A stretch of DNA of 61,694 nucleotides, filler included, from Cystobasidiomycetes sp. EMM_F5 (GCA_051047955.1; 4 parts of 4 records of this genome joined end to end with filler, not necessarily neighbours in it), one strand, 5' to 3'; positions 28,827 through 41,434 are shown, numbered from the whole stretch's first letter. The notes: generated from the sequence alone by a model not told the origin. Made by a program: numbers and translations.

Positions 28827-30195
28827 ATCCGGCGAATTTGTCGAGGCTGTCAGCCAATTCACTGTATTGCAAGATATCAATGATGCTGTCTGTTTGAAAC
28901 ATGACCACTTAGGCCAAATGGTCCGCTTCCGCACCATGTTCAGATTCTGCATTGCTCGACTAGCTAGTCGGCAGTGACGGTCGCTGTCTTGTGCTAAAAT
29001 CATGTCGGAGCACGTTTTAATAAACCACTGTACGGCGAAGCAAATTAGCCAAGGGCCGATAGCTAAAGCTGTCCAGTTCAAGCAGAGAGACTACGTCTAC
29101 ACTCGCGCCGATAGCCCTGTCTCCATGCAGAGTAGTAAATTAGCCTGGTCGCTCAGCGGATAGACACCTTTTGTCAGTGACAGCGAGTCTCTGCGAGTAC
29201 CACAGCGATCAGCCTCCTGTGCTAGACTGCCATTGAAAGACAGCGCATTAGACTGACATAGGACACTCGGCGGACTACCTTGCTGTATTCTTGTCAGCGT
29301 AAACAATGCTTCAGCCCAGTCGGCGGTCATGCCCGTGCAGGCCAGCACGGAAAGTCAGCTCAAAAGTCAGTCAAAGTCAGCCAGCAGACACGTCCGGTCG
29401 CTGGAACGGTGCTTGACCTTAGTCTAGTGGGAAAGGATGCCTTGCATTACTACACATGAGCAAAGCTGCCTTGACAACATCGAATCTGATCCTGGAAGCA
29501 TTGTACTGTCAGCGAGCTTTACCGGACCGCAAAACAAGGAGAGGAGAGCAGCATACCTCTACCAGCTGTCCGACTCTATACTGCATGTTTTGTCCGTCTC
29601 CATTGGCCTCCTTCTCATTCTTCGACCCGTACAGCGCTGCCACTGTTGCAGACCTCCGCCATGCTTGGCCGTCTGTAAGCGCAGCGTTCTCCCATACGCC
29701 ATATCCTGACATGACTGAGCAGTGTATCGTGCTTCATAATGGCAGCACTGCATCATTCCCAGCATTGGGTGGATGGAAAGTCATAGCTTTGTTGTTGTCT
29801 GTCGTGGAGACTGATCGGCAAGCAAGCCAGAAGGCAGACAAGGGCACTGGGCCATCAAGAGCAGCTTGATTGTATACACCAGCACGGCGACAGGATGCAT
29901 AGACAGCCTTTTGCAGACATGAATGAGCAAGAAGTATTTAGACCAACAAAATACAGAAAAGCACTAGGAGATACACGAAAGCACCACTGCGGAGATCAGT
30001 GCAACAAGCTTCGATATCGCCTGCTGCTTGTGAGTCTACACCGTTTGCCAATATCAATCATCCCTACGTGACTGCCGTTTGCATGTCGTGATTGTTTGCC
30101 AGTGACTACTGTTTGCTTGTCGCTTGCTAGTTTCCGCCTCCGCACACCCTTATGTTGTTCAGCGACTCGCGCTCAGCGTGCCTGTCAGAAGATCA

Positions 30196-30325
30196 GCAAA
30201 CGATCAGCACTCGCAAACGATCAGCATGCGACGGGTCAGCATCTGCAAACGGTCAGCACCCACAAACGATGAGCATTTGCAAACCATTAGCATTCGCAAG
30301 CCATCAGCGTTCGCAAACCATTAGC
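30196..30325 (+). repeat. Tandem ~17-bp repeat, about 8 degenerate copies (consensus GCAAACGATCAGCATTC)
   Basis: Read directly: gcaaacgatcagcactc, gcaaacgatcagcat, gcgacgggtcagcatct, gcaaacggtcagcaccc, acaaacgatgagcattt, gcaaaccattagcattc, gcaagccatcagcgttc, gcaaaccattagc. Confidence 0.9.
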
Positions 30326-30603
30326 CGATATCCTCAGCTTATCCTTGTCTGATCAGCAGTATCAGCCTATATGCCAATCATTCTCATTCATTCATTCAGC
30401 AACGCTGTCCGAGGGGGACACTACACGCTGACTACCGACGCGTATCGAAGCTCTATCACATGTTGAAGGAATGACAGCATTAGCTTGATTGATTGGCGGT
30501 GACGAATTGACAGTACTTACCTGATCGATTATCTGACCTGATTGATTGACTGTATTGGCCTGATTGGTACATTGACTGACTTCAGTCAGCTAAGCTGACC
30601 ATG

Positions 30604-31260
30604 GAAAGTAGTGAGTGGCGTGAGGGAGGTGAGGAAGTGAGGGAGTGAAGGAGGTGAGGGATGTGAGGGAGGGAGGTGAGGGAGGTGAGGGAAGTGAGTG
30701 CAGGCTGGCCAGCCTAGAGTGGGGAGGATAGAGGGAGGGAGAGAGAAGGCGAGGGAAGTGTGGGAAGTGAGAGCCGCCTGGCTAGACCTAGAGCGGAGAG
30801 GGCAGAGGGAGAGAGAGGAATGGAGGGAGGTGAGTGAGGCAGAGGGAGAGAGAGGAAGGGAGTGAGTGAGTGAGAGTAAGAGAGTGGGGGAGTAGGGTAG
30901 GCTTACCAGGCCTAGAGTGGAGAAGAGGGAGAGAGAGGAATAGGAAGGGAGAGCGTGTGAAAGTGGGGGAGTAGGCTAGGCTGGCCAGCCTCGAGTGGAG
31001 AAGGTAGAGAGAAGGTGAGGGAGGGAGAGCGAGGGCGAGACGGAGTAGGGGGGAGAGTAGGCTGACCAGCTCTGGGAGGGGAGTAGGAGCGGAGAGACAG
31101 TGAATGAGAGGGCGAGGGAGAGACGGCGGGGCAAGAGCTGGCCAGCCTGGAATAGAGGGAGCTGAGACGAAGACCGGCGGCGAGAGAGACGGATGAAGAG
31201 AGGCGATGGCCAGGCCGACAGAATCGACAAGTGAATAGAAGTGAGGAAGGGCGATGGCGG
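30604..31260 (+). repeat. Polypurine (GA-rich) tract punctuated by palindromic AGGCTGGCCAGCCT-type motifs
   Basis: Almost pure G/A strand. Perfect 14-bp palindromes at 30702-30715 and 30978-30991; degenerate copies near 30776, 30899, 31059, 31136 and 31206. Confidence 0.9.
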
Positions 31261-32342
31261 AGCCGGTTTGATCGTCCATGTCGTCCATGTCGTTACGTCT
31301 TTATGTCGTTATGTCGTTAAAATCATGCCGCAATATGATTTCTGTATGGGAACAATACAAACGATGCTGAAATGTCAGTATACGTTCGCATCTCGTGACA
31401 GCAGACAAGAAGCGACCCTACAGATGTCGCTGCCATGCGATAGGCAGCATATGAGAGTGACTTGCTTCCAAGCCGGCAGTCTTGTTGGCTGACGAAGTAG
31501 CCAGCCAGCCAGCGACCAATCTGGCGTACAGTCTAGCCAGAGGTGAGCTAATATACGACAGCAGCAAAGTCAGCGCACTGCACAAGATAACAAAAGGACA
31601 GCAGCATGTACTCACTTCTCGAACAAAGCAGCCCCTCATTGCTGGCATTGCTTGGCTCCCCAGCCAGACGAGGAGTACTACCTGCCACTGTACACAGCTG
31701 CAGTCAGTAGCTTAGTCAGCCTTGAGTTAGGGTCAGCTCGTCGAGGACAGCAAACAGCAACGGTCGCATCTCCGAATCCTACAGACGGATCCTTTCCGGA
31801 CCTTCACGGAGAGGCATCGCTTGTTAGTACGAAGGAAAATGTCAGAGCATTAACGAATCCATCAAGCCAATTCTTGTACAGTCAAGAAAGCTATGTACTG
31901 GAGTAAGGAAGCCAGTCAGCGGAAAGTCTTGCTGCGAACTTGTTATGCAAACTCACCAACGCTAAGACTAGGCGGCCAGCAACTTCTAGCAGTCTACATA
32001 ATGCCCACAGGTGTGCATAGATCATTCGTCGCCTTCATCACAATTGCAACAGTAGGTCGTATGCCAGCTTCGTTGTTTGTTTTGTTGCTGGAGAAGCAGC
32101 GTTTGATCGGAATGCTGCGAAGTATAAGCCGACTGGCGATTCGAATGCGCGCTTTCGTACTAACAAGACCTAACCCTCACTGCAACATTTTTGCACTGCG
32201 GTACACGTGACTGTTCGACATGCGCTTAACGCCCGTCTCTAACTTAGTACTGCAAACGACCCTTTCCGAACAGTTCCAGCCGGGAGCCACTTGGCCATGT
32301 ACGCCAACCCCCATCGCATACCTGTACCGAGCGTGCCGTTCA

Positions 32343-33488
32343 TCATCCCCGTTTGGCTTTGCTTGTGCGACGTTGGGCTTGGTAATCAGCCAGAAGACCG
32401 TGGCGTGATCCCGGACTAAGGCGCCCCGGTGCTTCTGCTTCTGTTGTCGACCTAAGTTTCCACAGAAGCTCTGAAGTTTCTGCCGATGTACCATCTGGTG
32501 AGCTGAACTGCGGAATATCCTGCTGTTTGCTTAGCGACCTGGGAGCTAGAGCCCTTCGAAGCTTCTTGAAGCCGTCCGTAATGCCTCCCTTGACTCGATC
32601 TCCGAAGCTTGAGCCAGTCTCTTGCCTGGCATGCTTGCCCTGCGACACGGACGATACATCGCCTTCATGCAACTGCTTGAATTTGGCGTCCGGTGTCGAT
32701 GGAATCACGACCGGACGTTGTGGAGAATTAATGGGAATGGGACCACCGACTTTGTTCATTCCTAGATCTGCTCTTTTGGCTCCAAGGAACAGCAGCCCGG
32801 GGGAGGAGTCGATGCCAGCAGAGACACTCGTGGAACTGGTGAGTCGATATGCAATATCAGATGGCAGCTTCCCACCTCGACGCAAAAGACGTACCTCTGG
32901 ATTGGCGTTATTGAGCCATGCTCGCGCTCCAGACCGCTGATGTCGGTGGCAGCCTGGTGGGGCAAAGGGGCGGGCTGTCCATCTACGTACGATGCATTGT
33001 GTCGACCAACTCCAATGCCCAAGTCTTTAAGTGTTGCTTTGCCCTTGCCCTTGGCGAATGCGTCGTTGTTATCCTGTAGTGCTTCTGCATGGGAATGTCC
33101 TGTTATCGGATCAAAGGCAGGAACAGGAACATGAACCGAACGACGGAAACCACATGGCAGAAAGGTACAGAAGTGTTAGTATTAGACTGTGGTATTGTTG
33201 CGGTCTATCGCCAGTCATGATAGAAGGGTACATGCCTTTCGCAATGCCCGCTAGATCTCCTTCTTTGAGTTCGACCTCGCGCTTTTCCTTCAGCGCCTGC
33301 ACGAGAGCCTGAATGTCGTGGTAAGCGGACTTGGCGTATTCCAATGCTTCGTCCCTCTCTTTGTCGCTGCGGGCCTTCGCGATCTTCAATTCTGATAGCT
33401 CTCCCTCCAATTTTGCCATTTCGCTACGCAGTGTGGTACCCTCTGTCAGGGCTGCCTGATGGCTGTGTTCACCTTCGTAATTCTCCAT
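32343..33488 (-). CDS. Hypothetical protein with N-terminal coiled coil
   Basis: ORF 33111..33488 (LRSEMAKLEGELSELKIAKARSDKERDEA) followed by a GTATGT-like donor region and low-complexity ORFs down to 32343. Confidence 0.4.
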
Positions 33489-33736
33489 TGCAGCTACGCG
33501 GTATTGCCGTTGTTCAGTGGTGCTCCCTTGCGAGGTCGTGCAATGCTAGGATCGTTCGCGAGCAATGCTCTGGGAATCGCACATATGACAACAACGCGTA
33601 GCTTGGCTGACGACGCTAACGTGTACGTGTAGCGAGCAATTAGACTATCCCGCACGTACATTGGTTTCTCGAGTGACTATCGCGACTGAGTTTTTGCAAA
33701 AGAGTGCCTTCGGATTCTGCCAGGGTATGGGTCGTG

Positions 33737-36554
33737 CTACGCTGCCAAGGTCTCGTGAAGCCACGCAAAGGCTTCATCGTCCAGCTCTCCGCTTGTCCCA
33801 GGTTGGGAGTCGAAGATATCGCTGAGCATGGCGTTCGAGAATTCAAAACTCCAGTCCAGATCCGTGTCCAGTGGATACGCAACAGCGAGGGATTGCGGTG
33901 CGGTAGGCTCTGCCAGGGCGTTTGGACAAAGTAGGGCATCCGAAGCATTTTGTTCCAGAAACGCTGACTCGAATGCAGTCGACGTGATCATTTTGTCGCC
34001 GGTGATCTTTTGCGAAGATGTCCCTGGCCCTTCGTCAGAGATGGGTGTTTGGTTATCCAGAGTTTGGAATGCCGTTCTGAACCAGGAAGCTACTGGACGG
34101 ACTTGCGACAACTCTTTCGCTGCAAGCCCGCATATTGCAAGGCGATGTCGTGACAACTCTCGTAAAGTCGCGTTAATAGACAACCGCTCAGATAGATGCA
34201 TAGACATTGCAGCGAAGAGCGCGGTAACACTATTAGCATCATCTCATTGGAATCCGGTGGTATTCAGAGTTTACGTCCTGTGCTTACCAGAATTGAGGAA
34301 CTTTACCGACATTTCCCTTCGTGAGCAGATCTAGACAGATCGTTGCTCTGTCAGATCAGCTATTTCGGGTCAAACGAGCGTTGCTCTGCATACCTTCGAA
34401 AAGGTGGGTTGCCGCTAGCGCTGACTGAGATGCCACAGTATCCGCCGGTTCAGTTGCGCTACCAGTGGATTGGCGAAACAGGTGAATAACCCAACAGCTT
34501 TACGGATGTCAGCATGGCCAGCAATGTAGGTTTAACCGCTCAGCTTTCGGCTAGCTCACTGGAAAGACAGGTGTAAAAACGCTGCGAAGAGGTTACCCGA
34601 GGTGTTTATGGTCGATAACGAAACCGGCAGGTCGCGCCTCCAATCGAGTAACGACTGGTAGCACGCTGCTTGCTGTAATAGTCCATAATCTTTTGCTGAA
34701 GCCAATCGGCACTTTACTATCTGCGTGACTGGGAAGAGTATAAGATCTCGCATGATTTGTTGAGGCAGATACTCACTGAGATGCGCCAGCTGCACCGATG
34801 CAAAAAACACTTCGTACTCCTCCTGTCCCTCGAAGTCTTGCCGCTGAGGCATCTCAACGTCAACAAAATCGTCATTGATGCGATACGGGCGTCCTGTGCC
34901 AGCTGCAGAATGCCTATCCCGAATATACACTGCCCACCACACTCGCCTCCAATATTGCCGATCTTCTTCAACGATTTTTGATGAGACGGTGGACTTGTGC
35001 ATACCGAGCGATTGAGCTGAACACGATGCACGAGCAGCCCACATATAGCTGTCCTAGTTTGATGCATCGACTTTAGTACAGACACGCGTTGTAGACTGTT
35101 CACACCTACTTCTCCGTCACTGGACACCTGCGAGATTAAAAACTCGAATATGATGACCAAAATCTTGTCTCGTTCGTACTTTGCATTGTATAATGCCTTC
35201 CCACGCTTCGCGAATGATCGCAACGCCTCGAATCGGTTCGCGAACCCGGCATGTTCTATGTCCTCCGAGGAGCATAAAGTGCAACCAACGTATAGCATTC
35301 CCCAGAGCAGTAGGAGAGGGATGGAGCCGGAAAGCACGTTTACGTACTTGTGCATGAAAGTCGCGCGCGCGATGATGGGATAATTGGGATGAAAGTATTG
35401 GAAATAGGCTGAAATCATGTTATCAAGAACGTGTTTCGGCGGCAAGACGAAACAGCCCATATCGGCAAGATACTGAGCTTCTGCTATGTCTTGTTTATTT
35501 GCGGGAGTCGACGTTGATCGCAATAGGGCGTTCATACCAGCCGGGCCGGGGAAATGCTCTCGCCGGGTCAAGCCAAGAGTTGCACCTGCACGCTGGTCCC
35601 ATTTGTGTCGAAGAATGTATGATAGTGTGAAGAGGTCGCTCGCATATGTAACGTCGTGCGCATCGTGCGTGGACTCGATGTCATGCCTTTCGAGCTGCAT
35701 GAGATCTGTCCAAGCATTGGTTGTGTCGGACTCCCTAGCCGGAGTCGTCTCGGCGAGTAAATTAGAGTCACTGTGTTTGACGAAAGCCATCAGATACTTG
35801 GCATGAAACGCTTGCCCAACCCTCACGCTCGACAACCCGACGCAGATCTCGTCGCGAAAGAGGATTGAGGCATAGGGAGCATAGCCTGAATACCAAGATT
35901 CTCGTCCGACGGAGTTGTCAGTCTGGCCGGGTCGTTGGGATTGTCCAGCATGGATCCGATGAGTTGACCGATGTCCACTGATGGATTGTCGGTAGCCATG
36001 ATAGTAGCGCTTCCAACAGGCTCCGAGTACGTTGTCCACACGGGAGGTACATTGCCAACACTTTGAGCCTCTGTGCCGTTGCCAGCGAGAGGTTGCGTGA
36101 TTTGAGCCCCGCCGCGGTTTTCGCCTTCCCCAGTGCGGCGACTTGCTTGCGGCGATATGCCTTTGAGGTTAGACTTCATCTTGCTCCGGTCATATCTGAA
36201 CAGCCGACGTGCGCAGAGTGTCAGCCTGCGACTGCCGCGTCGTTTCCGCGCCCGCTCCTCACTTTCCACGCCGACTCTGGACCAGCTCGCAGCTTCTCCC
36301 AGCAGCCTGGCAACGACTGCAAGGCAATCCATGCGATTTTGCATCGCATTTCTGGATACGTATGCATCACATCAGCTGCTGTTGTGCACATCACGTCATT
36401 GCAAAGTCCCTTCACTCACAGTCTTGCGCTTATTGCATTCCGTACAAGCCAATCCTGCTCGAGCAGCAGACCGCTTCACGCTTGACGGAGTCGCTGTACC
36501 GGCGGCACTTTCACTTGCAGTATCTGATGCGTCGACCACGGGAATGAGCTCCAT
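33737..36554 (-). CDS. Zn2Cys6 transcription factor with Fungal_trans domain (Ctf1/FarA-like)
   Basis: Spliced CTECNKRKT|KCDAKSHGLPCSRCQAAGRSC; YFQYFHPNYPII; KRGKALYNAKYERDK; RRVWWAVYIRDRHSAAGTGRPYRINDDFVDVEM. Confidence 0.9.
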
Positions 36555-36748
36555 GGCTGACAGATTACGACGTTGAGATGATGCAACCGGCGAAGTCGGG
36601 TCACGTCGGATTCACAGCTTTTATGCACGTCACATCACTTCCAGCTTCAGTAAGGCTGACTTCCCAATAAAGAAAATGGATTATCTTCGCGTTCCTTCAG
36701 AGTCGTATGCATTGGCGCCGGCTTGAGCGGAATCTAGTGAGTCTCCTG

Positions 36749-36848
36749 NNNNNNNNNNNNNNNNNNNNNNNNNNNNNNNNNNNNNNNNNNNNTTAATTAA
36801 TTAANNNNNNNNNNNNNNNNNNNNNNNNNNNNNNNNNNNNNNNNNNNN
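36749..36848. other. Artificial contig linker
   Basis: N44-TTAATTAATTAA-N44. Confidence 0.99.
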
Positions 36849-37102
36849 AGTATCAGTCCAGTTCGGCCAAGGCAGCCCGAATCTTCTAGCCAAGCATCCT
36901 TCATCAGTCTCGACCATTCTCAAAATCCAAGCCCCTCATCCATTTCGTTTAGAGCGGACTCGTCCCTGCAAAACAGGTGATGCTTATAACAATTCGAATC
37001 AGCGTAGTCACACACACTCCCATGTTTGCACGAGGGACGGGAACGTCCACAGCAACGGCAGCACTCGTACAAGGAAGTTTGTTGACAAAGCTAGCGGAAC
37101 GC
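36849..37102 (+). repeat. Inverted repeat, left copy (254 bp, cut by contig end)
   Basis: Reverse complement of 51689-51942 with 6 substitutions and no indels (hand alignment). Confidence 0.97.
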
Positions 37103-37812
37103 TCGACATCTGTCGACTCTTCACCGTCGACTACAGTGTGTTTGAGCTTGTCCAAACATGCACGGTGTCTCAGACAATGTGTGGCCACTGGCTTGGCTGC
37201 AGAAGCCAAACCACGGTACTGGACAGAACTTCCGCGACTCTTCTCGGACTCCGGCAGCTTCGGCGGTCCGGTGACTGGAACAGTAAATGCTTGCGCACTC
37301 TGATACTCAAGACCGATGACATTCTTCACAGATGCAGCAATGTAGAAGAACTTCACATTGGCACTGAATCGCAAAAGAGGAGTTGCTATCGTGTTGCTAC
37401 TGAATAAGCCCACCACACGAATTCGCCGCCTAACCTGACGGATTAAGAATCACTAGTCATTGACTTGAAAGACATCGTCAGGCCCTTATCTCTTCAAACC
37501 TTGTCGCTTCGTACGACACAAAAACACTAATACTCGTATACGTATGGTTGGTTGCAACGATATGGAAAATGTGTACAAGAACTGGTATTAGACGGCTGCG
37601 TTATTGGCGACACTGAATTGCGATTGATTATTGATAGCATGCCGGCGCTGTGGAAATTGACAGCGTGCAGCGTAGACCATTACAGTCGGTCACCCTTTCC
37701 GTTCTTACAGTCACGCTGCGCACTTTGTCGAAGTCCTGAACGTGCCATTGTTGCTTTCATGATTTTATCGATAGTTTCGTTAACGTCACATGGCAGCCAC
37801 GACTCGACGTGA
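36850..37812 (+). pseudogene. Decayed F-box/LRR-like gene, paralog of 50664-51941
   Basis: Frame open 36850-37407 (F-box-like TLDICRLFTVDYSVFELVQTCTVSQ; LRTLILK; CSNVEELHI), then stops. Downstream GKCVQELVLDGCVIGD parallels GKNIEELVLQGWVLED in the right-hand gene. Confidence 0.55.
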
Positions 37813-37850
37813 GCAACAGTCTCGTCAAGCTGACAGGCGATCCATCAGCG

Positions 37851-37904
37851 TGTTGCCGCAACGGGCCATGATCGCTTTGTTGCCGCAACGGGCCATGATC
37901 GCTT
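37851..37904 (+). repeat. Perfect 27-bp tandem duplication
   Basis: tgttgccgcaacgggccatgatcgctt x2. Confidence 0.95.
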
Positions 37905-38250
37905 GCGTGGTTGGACAACTGCCCTGATGCGTATCTGCCTGGCGTCGTAGCCCGTGTAAGGTGCTATCCTGGCGAGAAGTACGCGCAAGCATTTATCACA
38001 TTTTCAGCATTAGGACGCTGCACAGTGTCAGTATGGGCTGGCTCCTCGTGTTCGCGGATCGTATGCCGACTCATGAGACGCGCGGCTCGATACAAGCCGC
38101 AGAATTTCACGCTGTCTGCCTGCTATAGTGCTACAGGAGAAGATTAGTCTGACATTACAGCGAGCATAATTGAATAGTCAGAGGATCATTAGTGCTAGGG
38201 AGACCTTGACTCGGAATGCTGGCACCGTCAGCCCCGCTCAATCTGAGCCA

Positions 38251-39415
38251 ATGACCAGTCTTCAGGATCTGCCTGCAGAAGTGCTGGAGCTGATACTGTA
38301 CCATCTGCGTAGTCTGTCAGCGCACGTCGTCTTTGGCCAGCTGTGTTCTGCGACTCGACAGCTGTATTGCGACGTGGACGGCGACAATACCTGGCAAGCA
38401 ATACTCCGACGAGCAGGCTTTTCGCGGCCGTCAGTGTGGAGTTCTCGATACAGCTGGGGTCAGATTGCGGGTGCGCTTCCATCATGGCTCATCTTGTAGT
38501 TGGCCGTCGTCTGATGTGTGACGGTGCAGCTTGCATCGTTGGCCATGGTCAACAGTGTCGAGCATGCAAGGGATTGCTGAAGCGTTTGCCTGATCTTTCT
38601 GCTGACGTCCCACGTACGGAACTTGTTCGCCTGACCACTGACTCGGATCTGTGAATGCTCACACTGCCTCCACATGCCCAGCGGTCTTTGAAGAACCTCG
38701 TTTCGTTCCATCCATCAATGTCACACCCGCTCTGCGACAGTCAATCGGCTCTTTTTCTGTTGATTGGAATGAAGAGCAGCCGGAGTTACGTCCGAGGCTC
38801 ATTTCAAGCGCGACTACACCGGAAGTTGGGCTCAAAGGTCCTGCATCTCGAGATCACTCTCCGCTGACTGCGCATCCGACAATGGCATGCCGTTTAGGGA
38901 TGACACAGCCTATACGGCAAGTTTCGCTAGGCTTCGAGTGTACAGAAGAGCGTTTTCATTTCAGTAGGTTCCCTTCATCCGCCACTGTATCAATGACTGA
39001 TCTGGCAGCAATTGGACAGGCGGCTACGGGGAAGACCATCCGGCCAGGACTTTGGACGATTGGGACGAAGACTACGAGGGCGAGGCCATGCTGGCTATAC
39101 AATTTCGGCATATCTGTACAAACGCTGAAGGCATCACATGTTATGATCTCCTTCACGCTGCCGGTCAAGTGTAAGTCTCATAAGCATGTGATGCCCTTAC
39201 CTTGCTGACGTCTCCACAGACCTGGAGTGCCTGTTAGTTTGGGTGACGAGAAACCTCTCGTGTTCCGAGGCATGTTGGACGATCAAATTCGTCAAAGCTT
39301 GCTATGGGTGCAAATGATGCCTCCAAGATCTGCATTCAGTGGGCCATATACTCCTGCTTCCCACGCTGGACAAATTTTATGTGATGACGCGGAATACACG
39401 AATGTGGGAATTTGA
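38251..39415 (+). CDS. F-box protein, multi-exon (3' end uncertain)
   Basis: MTSLQDLPAEVLELILYHLRSL...LCSATRQL is a canonical F-box start; further exons are separated by GT-AG introns. Confidence 0.65.
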
Positions 39416-39560
39416 CGGTTCGACATACCACTGACGGTCGCCTGTTCGTCTGCAATCAAAACGAGGGCACTGACGCTGTAGTGGATTTCGACATTACAAC
39501 CTATGTCCAAGCATTGGCTGCGCTCTATTGCACACTACGGTATGTACATCGAGCCGAAGT

Positions 39561-40554
39561 ATGGGCCACATGGTCAGCGATACTAGATCTCGCAAAGACT
39601 TTGCAACACTGCTGCGTTGGCTGCCGCGAAGGAAGACGGACGGGATCACAGCAATCGGAGCGTTATTCGCGAGATTGGATGTATGCTTTCTCATCCTGTC
39701 ACATTTGAGGTTCTCCGAAATAGCGCGGACGTCCTTGCATTTGGCCAACCGAACTACCTATCGGGCGTGGGAACAATCTGCACATCAGTTGTGCGTTCTT
39801 TCGAAGAAGCCTTACCCTCTACTTCGCCCAGTGCCGTATTGCTACCAGCTCAGCACAAACACCTCGACCGTGACCACACTCCATGTCGCAACCGAGGACA
39901 TGGAGTCACTGGCTCAGGCGCTGAACATGCTCGAGAGTCTGGTGGGTTTGTCGATTCCGTCTCAATCGGTCTTAAAGTTAGTCCCCCGTAAGCCCTTGGC
40001 TCGCTTGCGGTACTTTCAAGTAGACCACCAAAGCGGGAGCTTTCTTATTTAACAATGCCAGATATCCTCTAGTCCCCAATCCTTCTGTCTTGGAAGAAAT
40101 CTCGTTCAGGATGAATCCCAGTCGTTACTTCTACGAAGACCTCGTGTGGTCATCAGGTTCATCTCTGAAGGTACTCTGTCTAGACAAATGTCCCGTAACC
40201 TGGTACGATCAAAAGGATTGGATGCGCCTCTGTGCAAAAGCATCACAACTGCGACACATTACCCTCCTAAGCGCCGGCCACGGATACCACGGCTTGATCA
40301 GGTCATTACCCGCTTCACTCATTAGCTTTACGATAACATGCAAGTCACATTATTGCTTTGCGGAAGTCATCAAGAGCGTGTCAAACTACGCAAGGTTACC
40401 GTTACTGCGCGAATTGGAATGCAAGCTGGATATGGCAAATGATGCGCTGTGTTGTCGTTTCGAGCCGTGTCGCTATGCAGCAGTCGAACCCTTTTCACAC
40501 GCAATCAAAAGGCGAATACAACTGCTCAACAAGAACATGGGCAAGGAGAGTTGA
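39561..40554 (+). pseudogene. F-box/LRR-like gene with stop and frame change at ~40050
   Basis: LFARLDVCFLILSHLRFSEIAR; LKVLCLDKC; HGLIRSLPASLISFTITCKSHYCF aligns with HGFISALPKSLVNFNLSVQHGCCL of 50664-51941. The two ORFs are in different frames with no clear intron. Confidence 0.55.
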
Positions 40555-41039
40555 CGTATAGCCACAACCCATGATAACGTAACTTCAGGCGATATTCTGC
40601 GTTGTATGATGTTACAAGATCTACCAAAGTATAGCATTTGTAGAGGGCAATACCCAAATTATTGTAGCTTTGGCGCCTTGAAAGCACTGCCAGTATTGCC
40701 AGCACGAGTTATGACCGCGACGATCCGAACTAGCATATCTATCGCCATCAACTAACGTTACATGGAACATGAACGGTCAGCTATATCACGGATGTCCATG
40801 CAACGCAAATAGCACATACCACGGGTATGACTAGATAAGGCAAATACGCGCTCATCAAAGTCCGATACTGCTCTGTTGTCAAATTGCTGGAGAGAACGTG
40901 GATTGGAACAAACTAGGTCGCAAGTCAGGTCATGACCGGTAGTACTTGGAAACGCGCTAAGAAAAGAGAAAGCTCCATTTTATATGGACGCTAACTACGA
41001 CACTCAGTATCGTTGGATGGAAACGTTGGCTCTGACTGA

Positions 41040-41126
41040 CGAATAATCCGTGTGACACAGCCCGCACGAGCTAACTTCTACAAGGGCTTCGTCTGGGAGA
41101 GGATTGATTAGCTCAATCGCCTCGAG
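41040..41126 (-). pseudogene. Remnant N-terminus of a Zn-dependent (aryl-)alcohol dehydrogenase
   Basis: LEAIELINPLPDEALVEVSSCGLCHTDYS contains the MDR catalytic-zinc motif. No GHE or GxGxxG exons were found downstream. Confidence 0.7.
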
Positions 41127-41335
41127 CCAATGGCGTGCGGGAGCTGGAAGCGATTTGAAGGACCTAGTAAAATTTGCGGAGATTACGAGACAGCAGATAG
41201 GCAGCTCAAACACGGCGCAATTAGCAGCCCCGAAAGCCTTGCAGTCTGCAGGAATTTGCAGCGCTTTCCCCTGCACGGCATTCGCCTTCTCCTCCCGGTG
41301 GGATCTAAGCACCGTTGCCGTGGCTCCGCTGGATC

Positions 41336-41349
41336 CCCGGATGTCCCGG
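41336..41349. promoter_or_regulatory. Candidate Zn2Cys6 site CCCGG-N4-CCCGG upstream of the P450
   Basis: cccggatgtcccgg, ~85 bp before the ATG; the same geometry occurs at 48603-48616. Confidence 0.4.
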
Positions 41350-41434
41350 ATAGTCGGTGCAATATGCAGACAAGCCTAGGAAGTCTGTATCTGTACATTT
41401 CTGCTGAACAGGAGCAACTGTCATAAAGCCCATA

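Noticed and set aside
30702..31216. Repeat-spacer pattern as a CRISPR array
   Set aside because: Eukaryotic context, short degenerate repeats, low-complexity spacers and no cas genes.
30788..31288. 166-aa Leu/Ser/Pro-rich ORF
   Set aside because: A by-product of the polypyrimidine strand of the GA-rich repeat.
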